64,000 nucleotides of DNA from Candidatus Nomurabacteria bacterium (GTDB lineage: Bacteria > Patescibacteriota > Minisyncoccia > Phycocordibacterales > UBA5272): NCBI GenBank assembly GCA_028286645.1, contig JAQBRF010000004.1, positions 408,942-472,941 on the forward strand, given 5' to 3'. The notes under the pieces are model-generated. The model was not told where the DNA came from. It did no database searches and worked only from the letters and a program-made list of their open reading frames with translations. The translations under genes were made by a program, and so were the position numbers. This document shows, one piece after another, positions 21,672 to 29,615 of the stretch. Each line of letters starts with the position of its first letter. Position 1 is the stretch's first letter.

Positions 21672-22094
21672 CTAGCCAAGCCAGCCAGCGTAAGTGAGAA
21701 ACGTGGTCTCGCGTTTGTGGAAGTCGTATTGCAATGTTTCGGGGTGATCTCCTGGGCTCGTGATCATGATGATACCAATCGCATCCCGTTTAATCGCGGA
21801 GAACACATGCGTTTGTGTTGCAGGATCTCTGGTCACCACAAGCGTACTCCGATAAATCTCGCGCGTGCGTTTGTAGCTGCCCACATTTTCGATCTCGCTC
21901 ACGGTGACATTGTACGTCCCGGGAGCCTTGAAGTGCACTGTGTAGGCGGCGGCTTTTTCATCCCAGCCGTCTTTCGAAGGCTGCACGATGACCCGGCCTC
22001 CGAACATTGGAATATCCCTGGTCTTGTCTCCGTAGACTTGTGTGAAGTAAAAAGCCCCTACTGCCAGTATAAATAATGCAAAAAGCCATCTCAT
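21672..22094 (-). CDS. secreted hypothetical protein (GC-rich islet)
   Basis: 140 aa, signal peptide MRWLFALFILAVGAF, AAGGAAAGGGA RBS. Confidence 0.5.
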   Translation of the reverse strand: MRWLFALFILAVGAFYFTQVYGDKTRDIPMFGGRVIVQPSKDGWDEKAAAYTVHFKAPGTYNVTVSEIENVGSYKRTREIYRSTLVVTRDPATQTHVFSAIKRDAIGIIMITSPGDHPETLQYDFHKRETTFLTYAGWLG

Positions 22095-22197
22095 ATTCCC
22101 TTTCCTTTTCTTTTAAATTAATCAAAGGCGCAAGCGCCGACAGGTTGTATACAATCAAATATATTAGATCATGTTTGTCAATATAAGAAAATTACAA

Positions 22198-22635
22198 CTA
22201 AACACTTTTCTGAATAATCGAAAATATGTTTTTATTTATAAAATTCTCTGGTATTTCATTTGATTTAAACCATTTCCACTCACCGAATTTCTCCGGCTCC
22301 ATGAGCTTTGCTTCTTGATTTGTAGAACATACAAAAACTTCTACAATATCTCCCTCCTTTGCTCCATCTACCTTTCCAATATATTCTTCAATTTTAAGAT
22401 CTGTGATTCCGGTCTCTTCTTCTGTTTCTCTTTTTAAGCATTCTTCTACAGTTTCTCCTTCATCGCCCCTTCCTCCTGGAGTTGTCCAAAATGATCCTAT
22501 CCATTTGTCTGGTGTGTAGTTGCGCAATCCTAATAATATTTTCCCATCACGAATTATAAGCGCCGAAGTTGCTGTCTCGCGGGTTACTTGTGTTTTTAAA
22601 ATTTGGTCCATGTGAAAAAAGTATATCAGTTTCAT
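22198..22635 (-). CDS. NUDIX hydrolase
   Basis: Nudix box GGRGDEGETVEECLKRETEEETGI. AT-rich native composition. TAG stop. Confidence 0.8.
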   Translation of the reverse strand: MKLIYFFHMDQILKTQVTRETATSALIIRDGKILLGLRNYTPDKWIGSFWTTPGGRGDEGETVEECLKRETEEETGITDLKIEEYIGKVDGAKEGDIVEVFVCSTNQEAKLMEPEKFGEWKWFKSNEIPENFINKNIFSIIQKSV

Positions 22636-22682
22636 TTTACAAAAAGAAAAGCTCCGACCGAAGCCGGAGGTTGTCGTCTGTA

Positions 22683-23375
22683 CTAACGTGGGCGACGGGT
22701 GCGCGTACCGAGGAAGCTGGATGCGATGAGGACATCGACTATTCCGCGGTCAGAACCGCCGAGCGAACTTGCGAAGATCGACGCCATCAATGCATCCACA
22801 CCTCCGCTGCCAGAGGACTGTTTCGAACAGGCTACACCATAGGCGCAGATGAGCTCGACGATGAGGCGCATTTGAGGCCCCTCGAGTTTCACCCCTTCCA
22901 GCGCCAAACCGACAGCGAGCTGCATGTTCTGCATACGCACTTCCGGCTCCGGTGGGTACATGGCGCCCGCAAGCAGCGCCTCGAGTTGGGCGATTTTTTT
23001 GTTGTTGCGTTGTGCGCCGAGAGTCTTCCAGTCCGCCAACTGGAAGGGAGCATCGGAGGGCTGCGGTAAGCTTTGATACCACCCGAGCTCTTCGACACCC
23101 GCGGCGACCATCACGGTGCTGTCGGGCCGAATGTGGTCATGAGGACGGCCGTCTTGATCGATGAAGTAAGGCGCTTCCCACGTGTAGGGGCTGCACACAT
23201 CCTTCGCGAGGTAGATCCTCGAAGCTCTGAAGGAGAGATCGAAGGCTCCGTTTTCATGTTTCTTGAGGACCAACACTTTCGTGTCGGCGCATTCGTCGCA
23301 GCCGAAGCCCGTGATCACATCTCCCGGACGCAGGGTCGAGCTGCTCATGGCTTCGCCAACCTTTTTCGTGTGCAT
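22683..23375 (-). CDS. hypothetical protein (GC-rich islet)
   Basis: 230 aa, AAAGGAA RBS, downstream hairpin+T-run terminator at ~22646-22680. No recognisable domain. Confidence 0.5.
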   Translation of the reverse strand: MHTKKVGEAMSSSTLRPGDVITGFGCDECADTKVLVLKKHENGAFDLSFRASRIYLAKDVCSPYTWEAPYFIDQDGRPHDHIRPDSTVMVAAGVEELGWYQSLPQPSDAPFQLADWKTLGAQRNNKKIAQLEALLAGAMYPPEPEVRMQNMQLAVGLALEGVKLEGPQMRLIVELICAYGVACSKQSSGSGGVDALMASIFASSLGGSDRGIVDVLIASSFLGTRTRRPR

Positions 23376-23529
23376 CGCATTCCTTTCTATAGTGTTTGTG
23401 TTGAAATGAGCGCTTCTACTTATTTAAGTAAACAGTACTTCACCACCCTAACAATAAAATCATAATTTGTCAATGAGAGTATAAAAAGAAAAGCCCGTCT
23501 TGCGACGGGTGTGTTTGAAACGGGGGTGA

Positions 23530-23976
23530 TTACTCCCACCATTTCCAGAATGGGAAGAGAGCGCCGATACCGAAGCTCCCGAAACGAATGCCCCCGCCAC
23601 CGGCCAGGCAACCGAATCCGCCGAGGCAAGCGCCGACCGTTACGAAGAGAAATCCGATGTCGAGGTTCGGCCCGATGTAAAAGGCCACTCTCTTGTACCA
23701 GGCCTTACCTGCCGCTTTCTCGGCGGCCAGAGCAAGCTCCGGAAGTAAAAGGGGGAGAATGCGCATTGCACGGATTGCCTTCGGGATATTCCGGAAAGGA
23801 ACCTGAATCATTCGCCTTTCGTCGAGGATTCCTCCGACACTATCCGCGATGCTCGCCAGAACATCTCCACCTCCCCCGCCGCCATCACCCGTGGAAATAT
23901 CGTCTGAGATACCGCTGCCTTCTCCCAGGATTCCTCCAAGGTCGATCACGATCCCTAATGCCACGCCGAAATGCAT
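23530..23976 (-). CDS. glycine-rich protein with GxxxG-rich hydrophobic C-terminus
   Basis: GGGAGGG RBS before MHFGVALG. poly-Gly stretch. C-terminal FLFVTVGACLGGFGCLAGGGGIRFGSFGIGALFPFWKWWE. Confidence 0.45.
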   Translation of the reverse strand: MHFGVALGIVIDLGGILGEGSGISDDISTGDGGGGGGDVLASIADSVGGILDERRMIQVPFRNIPKAIRAMRILPLLLPELALAAEKAAGKAWYKRVAFYIGPNLDIGFLFVTVGACLGGFGCLAGGGGIRFGSFGIGALFPFWKWWE

Positions 23977-24066
23977 AATGTGCCCTCCCAAAATTCCAAC
24001 TGTTACAGAAGCAACCGAAGTTGACTAGTTATAAACTATAATACCATTAATGTTCTGTCAATTACA

Positions 24067-24113
24067 CCTAAACACTGCTTCTATATTATTCCATCTGGGT
24101 CTAGAACGAATAC
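24067..24113 (-). repeat. degenerate copy C of the VOC-gene 3' end (att-like direct repeat)
   Basis: ~45/48 identical to 25845..25893 with one 1-nt deletion. Similarity extends ~15 bp past the former stop codon. Confidence 0.6.
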
Positions 24114-24157
24114 ATCTAATAGTTTTCTCAAATACAAAAGAAAAACCGCACCTGCTT

Positions 24158-24616
24158 TCAGTGCGGACAAGGAACATCTGTGTTAATCTCCATATCGAAA
24201 TACTCATGGAGCATTTGCGGTTCTACTCTAAATATTTTGTATGGAATGATGGGCGTGGTAGCCACATAGAAAAGTCCATTCCGTACAGGTGCAAAATATT
24301 CGCGCGGAAGAACGTACACATAACCCGTGCGATAGCGCACATTCCTTCCTGTTACGATAACCTTGCGGTTGCGTAACCCCCAATGAAGGTACCCGTGCTT
24401 GCTCCGTATACGGAGTACTGCGTGAAGGATAGCTATCCCGGATGATGTTGTTGCATAGATTGCGTTTAAATTATTCTCCGGAATCCCCGTCGTGCAAATC
24501 GCTTTTCTCGGCTCCACTTTACTAAGTAGCCACGGCGAGCCATGAAATAAAAAATTCTCTCGGTCAATGCGTATCAAAGGATATACGTTCGATATTCTCT
24601 TTTGAATTGCTCTCAT
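24158..24616 (-). CDS. hypothetical protein (cassette A, GC-rich)
   Basis: GGAGAAG RBS before the second Met (MRAIQKRIS...). 152 aa. Confidence 0.45.
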   Translation of the reverse strand: MRAIQKRISNVYPLIRIDRENFLFHGSPWLLSKVEPRKAICTTGIPENNLNAIYATTSSGIAILHAVLRIRSKHGYLHWGLRNRKVIVTGRNVRYRTGYVYVLPREYFAPVRNGLFYVATTPIIPYKIFRVEPQMLHEYFDMEINTDVPCPH

Positions 24617-24679
24617 GATACTTCTCCGCATGTAGTGGTTTCTATCAAACTACAGCACAGATGATACTTAGTCAATCAT

Positions 24680-24728
24680 CCCTAAACACTGCTTCTATAT
24701 TATTTACATTTGGATCTAGGACGAATGC
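24680..24728 (-). repeat. copy B of the VOC-gene 3' end (att-like direct repeat)
   Basis: 47/49 identical to 25845..25893. Encodes AFVLDPNVNNIEAVFRDD*. Confidence 0.65.
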
Positions 24729-24796
24729 AGGAGTAACTTCAATTATAAAAAAAATAGACCACCGAGGTGGTCTATTACTCGGCGCGGAAGAGGTCC

Positions 24797-25237
24797 TTAC
24801 TCTTCGTATACGCGCAGAATCTTGATGAACGGATAGCGTTTGGCGCTGTACGCGTAACCCCGCATGATGTCTCTCATGCCGCGGTACTCTTCATCGTAAC
24901 CGTGGTTGTACGAAATGCGATTTGCCCACCAGTAATACCTGAATCCTTCGGTGCGGACAAACACTTCGTACTCTTCTGGCACAAACTGCACCAGTCTGCA
25001 GTTGAAGGCACGACTTGTCGTGGTTATGCACACTCGTAGCGGGGTGGTGGTGACTTTCGCCACCTTCACCCATGGAGCTGATAAATTCCAGCCCGGCGTG
25101 TCACGCTTCACCTCGCCCGTAAATGCATTTCGCATGATACCTACCTGAGTGGGCTCGCTATGATGCATGAACGGAAAGTAGATGAGCGCGCCGAGGAGAA
25201 GAAGGGCGCCGGCAACGAGGATGTGTAGATGCTTCAC
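24797..25237 (-). CDS. membrane-anchored hypothetical protein (cassette B, paralog 1)
   Basis: GTG start overlapping the upstream stop (GTGA). N-terminal TM. Shared motifs P..VCI......NC.LVQF and YAY.....YPF with 25234..25752. Confidence 0.5.
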   Translation of the reverse strand: MKHLHILVAGALLLLGALIYFPFMHHSEPTQVGIMRNAFTGEVKRDTPGWNLSAPWVKVAKVTTTPLRVCITTTSRAFNCRLVQFVPEEYEVFVRTEGFRYYWWANRISYNHGYDEEYRGMRDIMRGYAYSAKRYPFIKILRVYEE

Positions 25238-25752
25238 TTGGCATCCTCGTTCTTGAGTTCTCGCACGACGGAAAGGAATGGATATATCTTCCCCGTTCCT
25301 TCGTATGCGTAACTCTTGAGGATTTCGGAAAAGTCCGTTGTTCTTTCTTTTCCGCCCTTTCTACTACCTCCGGTTCCCGGCCCTTCGTAGTCCCGCCGGC
25401 CATGCCAGGAAAGGAAGAGATCGAGTCCCTTCGCATTGAACTGCACAAGCTTGCAGTTGAGCACACGCTGATTCGCATTGATGCACACCTGCATCGGCCG
25501 CAAGTCGACCGTATGATACTGCTCGACGATCGGCGTTCGTACGAAGTAGCCGGTCCTCTCGAGTGTCGTGATCTTCCCAGTGCGGGTATTGAACACATAG
25601 CCCTGTTGGTAGGTGTCGACGAACTGGACAAACCATATCCAGGTCACGCCGATGATCACGAGTGCAATGATGGTGAGTCCCGCCAGAAAATACCCCAACT
25701 TTAGCCAGAGCCTGCGCGAATTGAAGCCCTCTTTCATACTTTTCTCAGCCAT
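25234..25752 (-). CDS. membrane-anchored hypothetical protein (cassette B, paralog 2)
   Basis: AGAGGA RBS. 172 aa. N-terminal TM. Weak SPFH/band-7-like pattern (low confidence). Confidence 0.5.
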   Translation of the reverse strand: MAEKSMKEGFNSRRLWLKLGYFLAGLTIIALVIIGVTWIWFVQFVDTYQQGYVFNTRTGKITTLERTGYFVRTPIVEQYHTVDLRPMQVCINANQRVLNCKLVQFNAKGLDLFLSWHGRRDYEGPGTGGSRKGGKERTTDFSEILKSYAYEGTGKIYPFLSVVRELKNEDAK

Positions 25753-25833
25753 TATGAATGTCCTCTTGTGTCGTTAATCGGAACAGCCCACATGCACTGT
25801 CTAGAATTACACTATAATATCTTCCGATGTTCG

Positions 25834-26211
25834 TCAACAGTACCCCCTAAACACTGCTTCTATATTATTTCCATCTGGATCTAGGACGAATGCGGCGTAA
25901 TAGTTTGGTCCGTAGATTGGACGACCCCCTGGTGCTCCATTATCTTTTCCACCTACTTTTATTGCTTCTTTATAAAATGCGTTCACTTCTACATTTCCAT
26001 TAGCTTTATACGCTAAATGCGTCGGACCGCTTATCGGCTCATCATTTGTGATCCAAGTATCATTCTTCCCAACATTTGCGAATCCTAAAATCTGCACTCC
26101 CTAGTAATTAAAATCCATGGCGAGTGTGTATCCAAGTGGTAGAAGTGCTTGCTTATAAAATTCTCTAGCTTTGTTTATATCCGAAACTCGGATGGTGATG
26201 TAGTCGAGCAT
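25834..26211 (-). pseudogene. VOC/glyoxalase-family gene interrupted by an in-frame TAG. Its 3' end is the repeated att-like sequence.
   Basis: Single reading frame MLDYITIRVSDINKAREFYKQALLPLGYTLAMDFNY-TAG-GVQILGF...AAFVLDPDGNNIEAVFRGYC. VOC betaalphabetabetabeta signature. Confidence 0.55.
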
Positions 26212-26226
26212 AAACAATATATTAAA

Positions 26227-26610
26227 TTATATGTTCTGCATTGTTTCCAGAGGAGACTCTTTAGTTTCTCCTTTTTCTGTATATTTCACTATACATGTAT
26301 TTAAAAAAGAATCATAATAAATACCCACCACATTATTCCATCTCTGCTGAAGAGAGGTAAGCAAGGAATTACATTTAAGGGTATTGTCGAATAATTGTTT
26401 GTCTTCTTCTTTCTTGGTCTGTTCTACCTTTGTCTCCGCTTCTATTAATTGTTGTTTTTCAATTGATTTCTGCTTATTTATTTGAGCGGCATAGAAAAAA
26501 CCTCCTAAAACAATACATCCAAAAATTATACTTATAGATAGAATTAAGCTATTTTTATTCATAATAATGAGTTTACCCTTTTTATGGAACCACCCTACTC
26601 CTTTATACAC
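26227..26610 (-). CDS. small membrane protein, co-oriented downstream of the P-loop NTPase
   Basis: 127 aa, one TM (SLILSISIIFGCIVLGGFFYA), coiled-coil, 35-nt gap to the NTPase gene. Confidence 0.45.
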   Translation of the reverse strand: MYKGVGWFHKKGKLIIMNKNSLILSISIIFGCIVLGGFFYAAQINKQKSIEKQQLIEAETKVEQTKKEEDKQLFDNTLKCNSLLTSLQQRWNNVVGIYYDSFLNTCIVKYTEKGETKESPLETMQNI

Positions 26611-26645
26611 TTTCTGTAAAGGTCAGACTTTAAAAAATAAGAAAA

Positions 26646-28139
26646 TTACTTCTTTCTCTTTTGCGCAAACCAATACAGACCTCTATGTAGGAAAAAGGAA
26701 TACTCCTTAAATTTTTTTACAAGAAGAGGATAATTACTCGATATATATTTAAAATGTATAACCTTATCATTTTTTTCTTTAAAACCGATCACACCATACC
26801 ACCATAATTCTTGGATAAATTCTTGAATTCTATTCCATCCTAATTTTGTTTTTACTCCTAAATATTGACCTAATTCCGTTTTAAGCTGTGAAACATTAAA
26901 ACCTTCTTTCCCACTTAATAAGTCTATAAGTTCATTAATATTATCCTGGCTAAAATTATATTTTAAGAGACGACTTATCAAAAATAGTTCATCTTTTAAT
27001 TCTTTTGTAAAATATTCCGAGTATTCTATTTCTGCAGAATCAATATTCTCAAAAGTTGCTGGATGTTTTGTGCTTAATCTATCTCTCATAGCATAACAAA
27101 ACTTGAGAAAATCTCTTGGTCGATTAAATGATATGGCGATCATATAAGCGTAAAAGTTGGTAGCATAACGATTTGTTTCAAAGTTTTCTAATGTTTTTGA
27201 AAAGATTGTATCTGGAAACTGGCTACGTAATGCTTTTATTGGATCACTCAAACTTTCTTGAAGTCTGTCTTGGTAGTATGGAATACGACGTATTAAAAGA
27301 CTTGCAAAACTTTTTTCATTCCATTCAAGTTTTAATGAGTCATTTATGAGTTTGTTGATATTTGATCCTTGCATAAACTCAAACAAATCATCTCTAATAA
27401 GACATATAAATCTCAATTTTTTACCTGAATCTCTAAAAATAGAATTATACAGGTCCAAACTAAGAAGTAATTCTCTAATCGTAACTAAATCTTCTTTAAG
27501 TTTTTTTTCATCTGCCTCATCTAAATAATCACTGATATCATCAATAAATATAAAAATAGTATCTTCTTTTGGCGTTGTTTCTTTTAACGAATTTATAAGA
27601 GAAGATGGCGCATTGGATATGACTGACCTAGTAGACTGCGACTCATCTTCTGTATTTGCTCCGCCTTCTGCCTTTGCGAACAAAGAATTTAACCATCCCT
27701 TTACAGAAAATCCTGTCTTATTTACTCTTCTTGTTTCTATAAACGTCTCATAATCTGAAGTATCTTGTAGACCGTTTTGTGTTAAAAAATCTAACCAGTA
27801 ACTTTCTGAACTCCCAATAAAAAGCTTTTCTTCAAGAAATTTTTGAATTGTTTTTATTATTATAAAAAAGAGTATTGAATTTAAATGATCGTTGAAACTC
27901 TCTCCTTCTGTAAGAGAAACACTCCTTATAGATATTCTATAGGATAATTTAATTCCATAATCTTGAGACTTTTGCTCTAAATACCTAGCTATGGCAGTTT
28001 TTCCTGTTCCTTTCCTTCCGCAAAGAATTGAATAGTTAGATGTAGTTATTGAATTAATAAACCCCGCATCATGAAAACACTCAAATAAATAATCGTCTTT
28101 TTCAGCTTCGGTCTGACGCTGGATTTTAAATTCTGACAT
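26646..28139 (-). CDS. predicted P-loop NTPase (KAP/STAND-like), unknown function
   Basis: 497 aa. Walker A ILCGRKGTGKTAI, Walker B IFIFIDDISDYLDE ~170 aa later, long helical C-terminal region. Confidence 0.6.
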   Translation of the reverse strand: MSEFKIQRQTEAEKDDYLFECFHDAGFINSITTSNYSILCGRKGTGKTAIARYLEQKSQDYGIKLSYRISIRSVSLTEGESFNDHLNSILFFIIIKTIQKFLEEKLFIGSSESYWLDFLTQNGLQDTSDYETFIETRRVNKTGFSVKGWLNSLFAKAEGGANTEDESQSTRSVISNAPSSLINSLKETTPKEDTIFIFIDDISDYLDEADEKKLKEDLVTIRELLLSLDLYNSIFRDSGKKLRFICLIRDDLFEFMQGSNINKLINDSLKLEWNEKSFASLLIRRIPYYQDRLQESLSDPIKALRSQFPDTIFSKTLENFETNRYATNFYAYMIAISFNRPRDFLKFCYAMRDRLSTKHPATFENIDSAEIEYSEYFTKELKDELFLISRLLKYNFSQDNINELIDLLSGKEGFNVSQLKTELGQYLGVKTKLGWNRIQEFIQELWWYGVIGFKEKNDKVIHFKYISSNYPLLVKKFKEYSFFLHRGLYWFAQKRKK

Positions 28140-28256
28140 AGCTATAAAATAAAAAGCTTTATCCTAATATTTCCATAGTCTACTCCCTAAAAAGGATAAT
28201 ACTAGCTGCTTTTAAATTTGCTTTCTCTCCTTTTTGTTATGTAAATTTAATAAGTC

Positions 28257-28604
28257 TTACATCCCGCCCTTGCTCACTTCCATGATATCTATGAAAGATG
28301 TTGGAATTGCGAAATGAGGATTTTCCTTAAACATTTCAGTAACTTCTTCAGCAGATTCAGCTTGTACGATGCACATATAATTCATGTCATTCGTTACTGG
28401 CTTTGCTCCAGTTGCGTCCACTCGAGTATTCTTCCCAAGAGGAAGTCCTTCACCCACAAATGATGCTTTATGCTTTTCCGTCCACGCCATCATATCAGCT
28501 CCTAGCTTCTCCCCTTGTTCCTTCATTTTCTCCGGTGGAGTATTCTTCTTCCACTCTTCCATTGTCTCCACAGGCACACGATATATAATTACAAATTTTT
28601 TCAT
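28257..28604 (-). CDS. hypothetical protein
   Basis: 115-aa ORF divergent from the cassette array. No motif. Confidence 0.45.
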   Translation of the reverse strand: MKKFVIIYRVPVETMEEWKKNTPPEKMKEQGEKLGADMMAWTEKHKASFVGEGLPLGKNTRVDATGAKPVTNDMNYMCIVQAESAEEVTEMFKENPHFAIPTSFIDIMEVSKGGM

Positions 28605-28622
28605 ATGTATATTCTAGCACAT

Positions 28623-28651
28623 TGCCTTATTTTCTTTTATGTTGTAGATTC
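28623..28651 (+). promoter_or_regulatory. promoter of cassette 1 (TTGCCT-N17-TAGATT)
   Basis: Same -35/-10 architecture and spacing as the intercistronic modules R1-R4. Confidence 0.45.
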
Positions 28652-28681
28652 AAGGAGATAGATCACAGGGAGATTTGTGCC

Positions 28682-28915
28682 ATGAATATTCCGAAAGACA
28701 AGAACTACCCGCCAGACGCTGTGCAGTGCAACGAATGTGGTGGGTGGGGTGAAACAGAAAGAAACGAAGACTGCGAGACCTGTGGAGGAAAAGGATGGCT
28801 TCCGCATGGCCATCCGAAAGGCAGAAAGTGCTATCGCGAGGTATGCACCAACACCATCCCTCCCGCGCAAGTCGCCGTTTACTGCACAAATGAATGCGCC
28901 CACCTCGACGCATAA
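28682..28915 (+). CDS. small Cys-rich zinc-ribbon protein (cassette 1)
   Basis: GGGAGA RBS. 77 aa with CNECGG...CETCGG plus further Cys/His. Confidence 0.5.
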   Translation: MNIPKDKNYPPDAVQCNECGGWGETERNEDCETCGGKGWLPHGHPKGRKCYREVCTNTIPPAQVAVYCTNECAHLDA

Positions 28916-28931
28916 CGGCATCCCTGCAATA

Positions 28932-28998
28932 CCCCGGGCCTCGTGGCCTGGGATTTTTTATTTGCTTTTCAATTTTATCTATTGTAGGTTTAGGGGGA
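28932..28998 (+). promoter_or_regulatory. terminator-promoter-RBS module R1
   Basis: GC hairpin CCCGGGCC-TCGT-GGCCTGGG + T-run, then TTGCTT-N17-TAGGTT, then TAGGGGGAA. 67/67 identical to R3. Confidence 0.6.
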
Positions 28999-29035
28999 AA
29001 TGCACCGTACCTAACTCGCCTGAGGAGACATCACA

Positions 29036-29433
29036 TGACTGTACCGAAACAGGACGAAAAAGACGCCATATGCTTCCTCGCGTTTTACATCAGCAGCGAA
29101 GGACCCCCTGCGTTCTACGTATTGGGGCCGAATCTCCCCACCTCGGACTTCGGTCATGAGAGCCTTGAGAGGTTTGCCTCAAATGTAGCAACAGCGATCG
29201 GAGGTGCCGGTACTTGCCACATGCAGCCACCGTATGCCGAGTATCTCATCATCAAGGACGACCAGGTGAAAGTCTCCGGGGGAAGCGCGGGCCTCCGGAT
29301 CGCCGAAGATGTGGCGAAGAGCAAGAAGATCGAGGGGTACCTCAATTCTAACAACCGCGCCAAAGACGCGCTGCTCAACCTTTCCCCGCTCATTCGCTGG
29401 CGGACAGTGCAGCAAATCATTATCCCTCTGTAA
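29036..29433 (+). CDS. hypothetical protein (cassette 2)
   Basis: GAGGAG RBS 6 nt upstream. 132 aa. GC-rich. Confidence 0.5.
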
Positions 29434-29448
29434 CTGCGACCACGATCG

Positions 29449-29600
29449 ACCCGAGCCCTCACGGCTCGGGATTTTCTTTCCTATAGCCGAGCAAAGCACG
29501 CTATAGGATTGCACCCTATACCGAGCTCTGCTCTGGTGTAGGGTTTTGCTTAAATTTTTTAAATGGTGTAGTGTAATTTTGAACCAGACCTGATTTCCTA
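29449..29600 (+). promoter_or_regulatory. terminator-promoter module R2 (variant with two hairpins)
   Basis: CCGAGCC-CTCA-CGGCTCGG + T-run. Second hairpin ACCCTATACC/GGTGTAGGGT. TTGCTT-N17-TAGTGT. Confidence 0.5.
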
Positions 29601-29615
29601 CCAACTGGAGCCGAT

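Noticed and set aside
22569-23629. Numerous overlapping ORFs in all frames (e.g. 22569..23069, 22750..23082, 22889..23098, 23073..23465, 23511..23978)
   Set aside because: High GC removes stop codons in all frames. Only the minus-strand genes with RBS and terminators (22683..23375, 23530..23976) are supported. The others are Arg-rich antisense artefacts.
26101-26103. Stop-codon reassignment (TAG as sense) to explain the interrupted VOC gene
   Set aside because: TAG clearly terminates other well-supported genes in the window, namely pilA at 8006 and the Nudix gene at 22198. Gene lengths are normal under the standard code.
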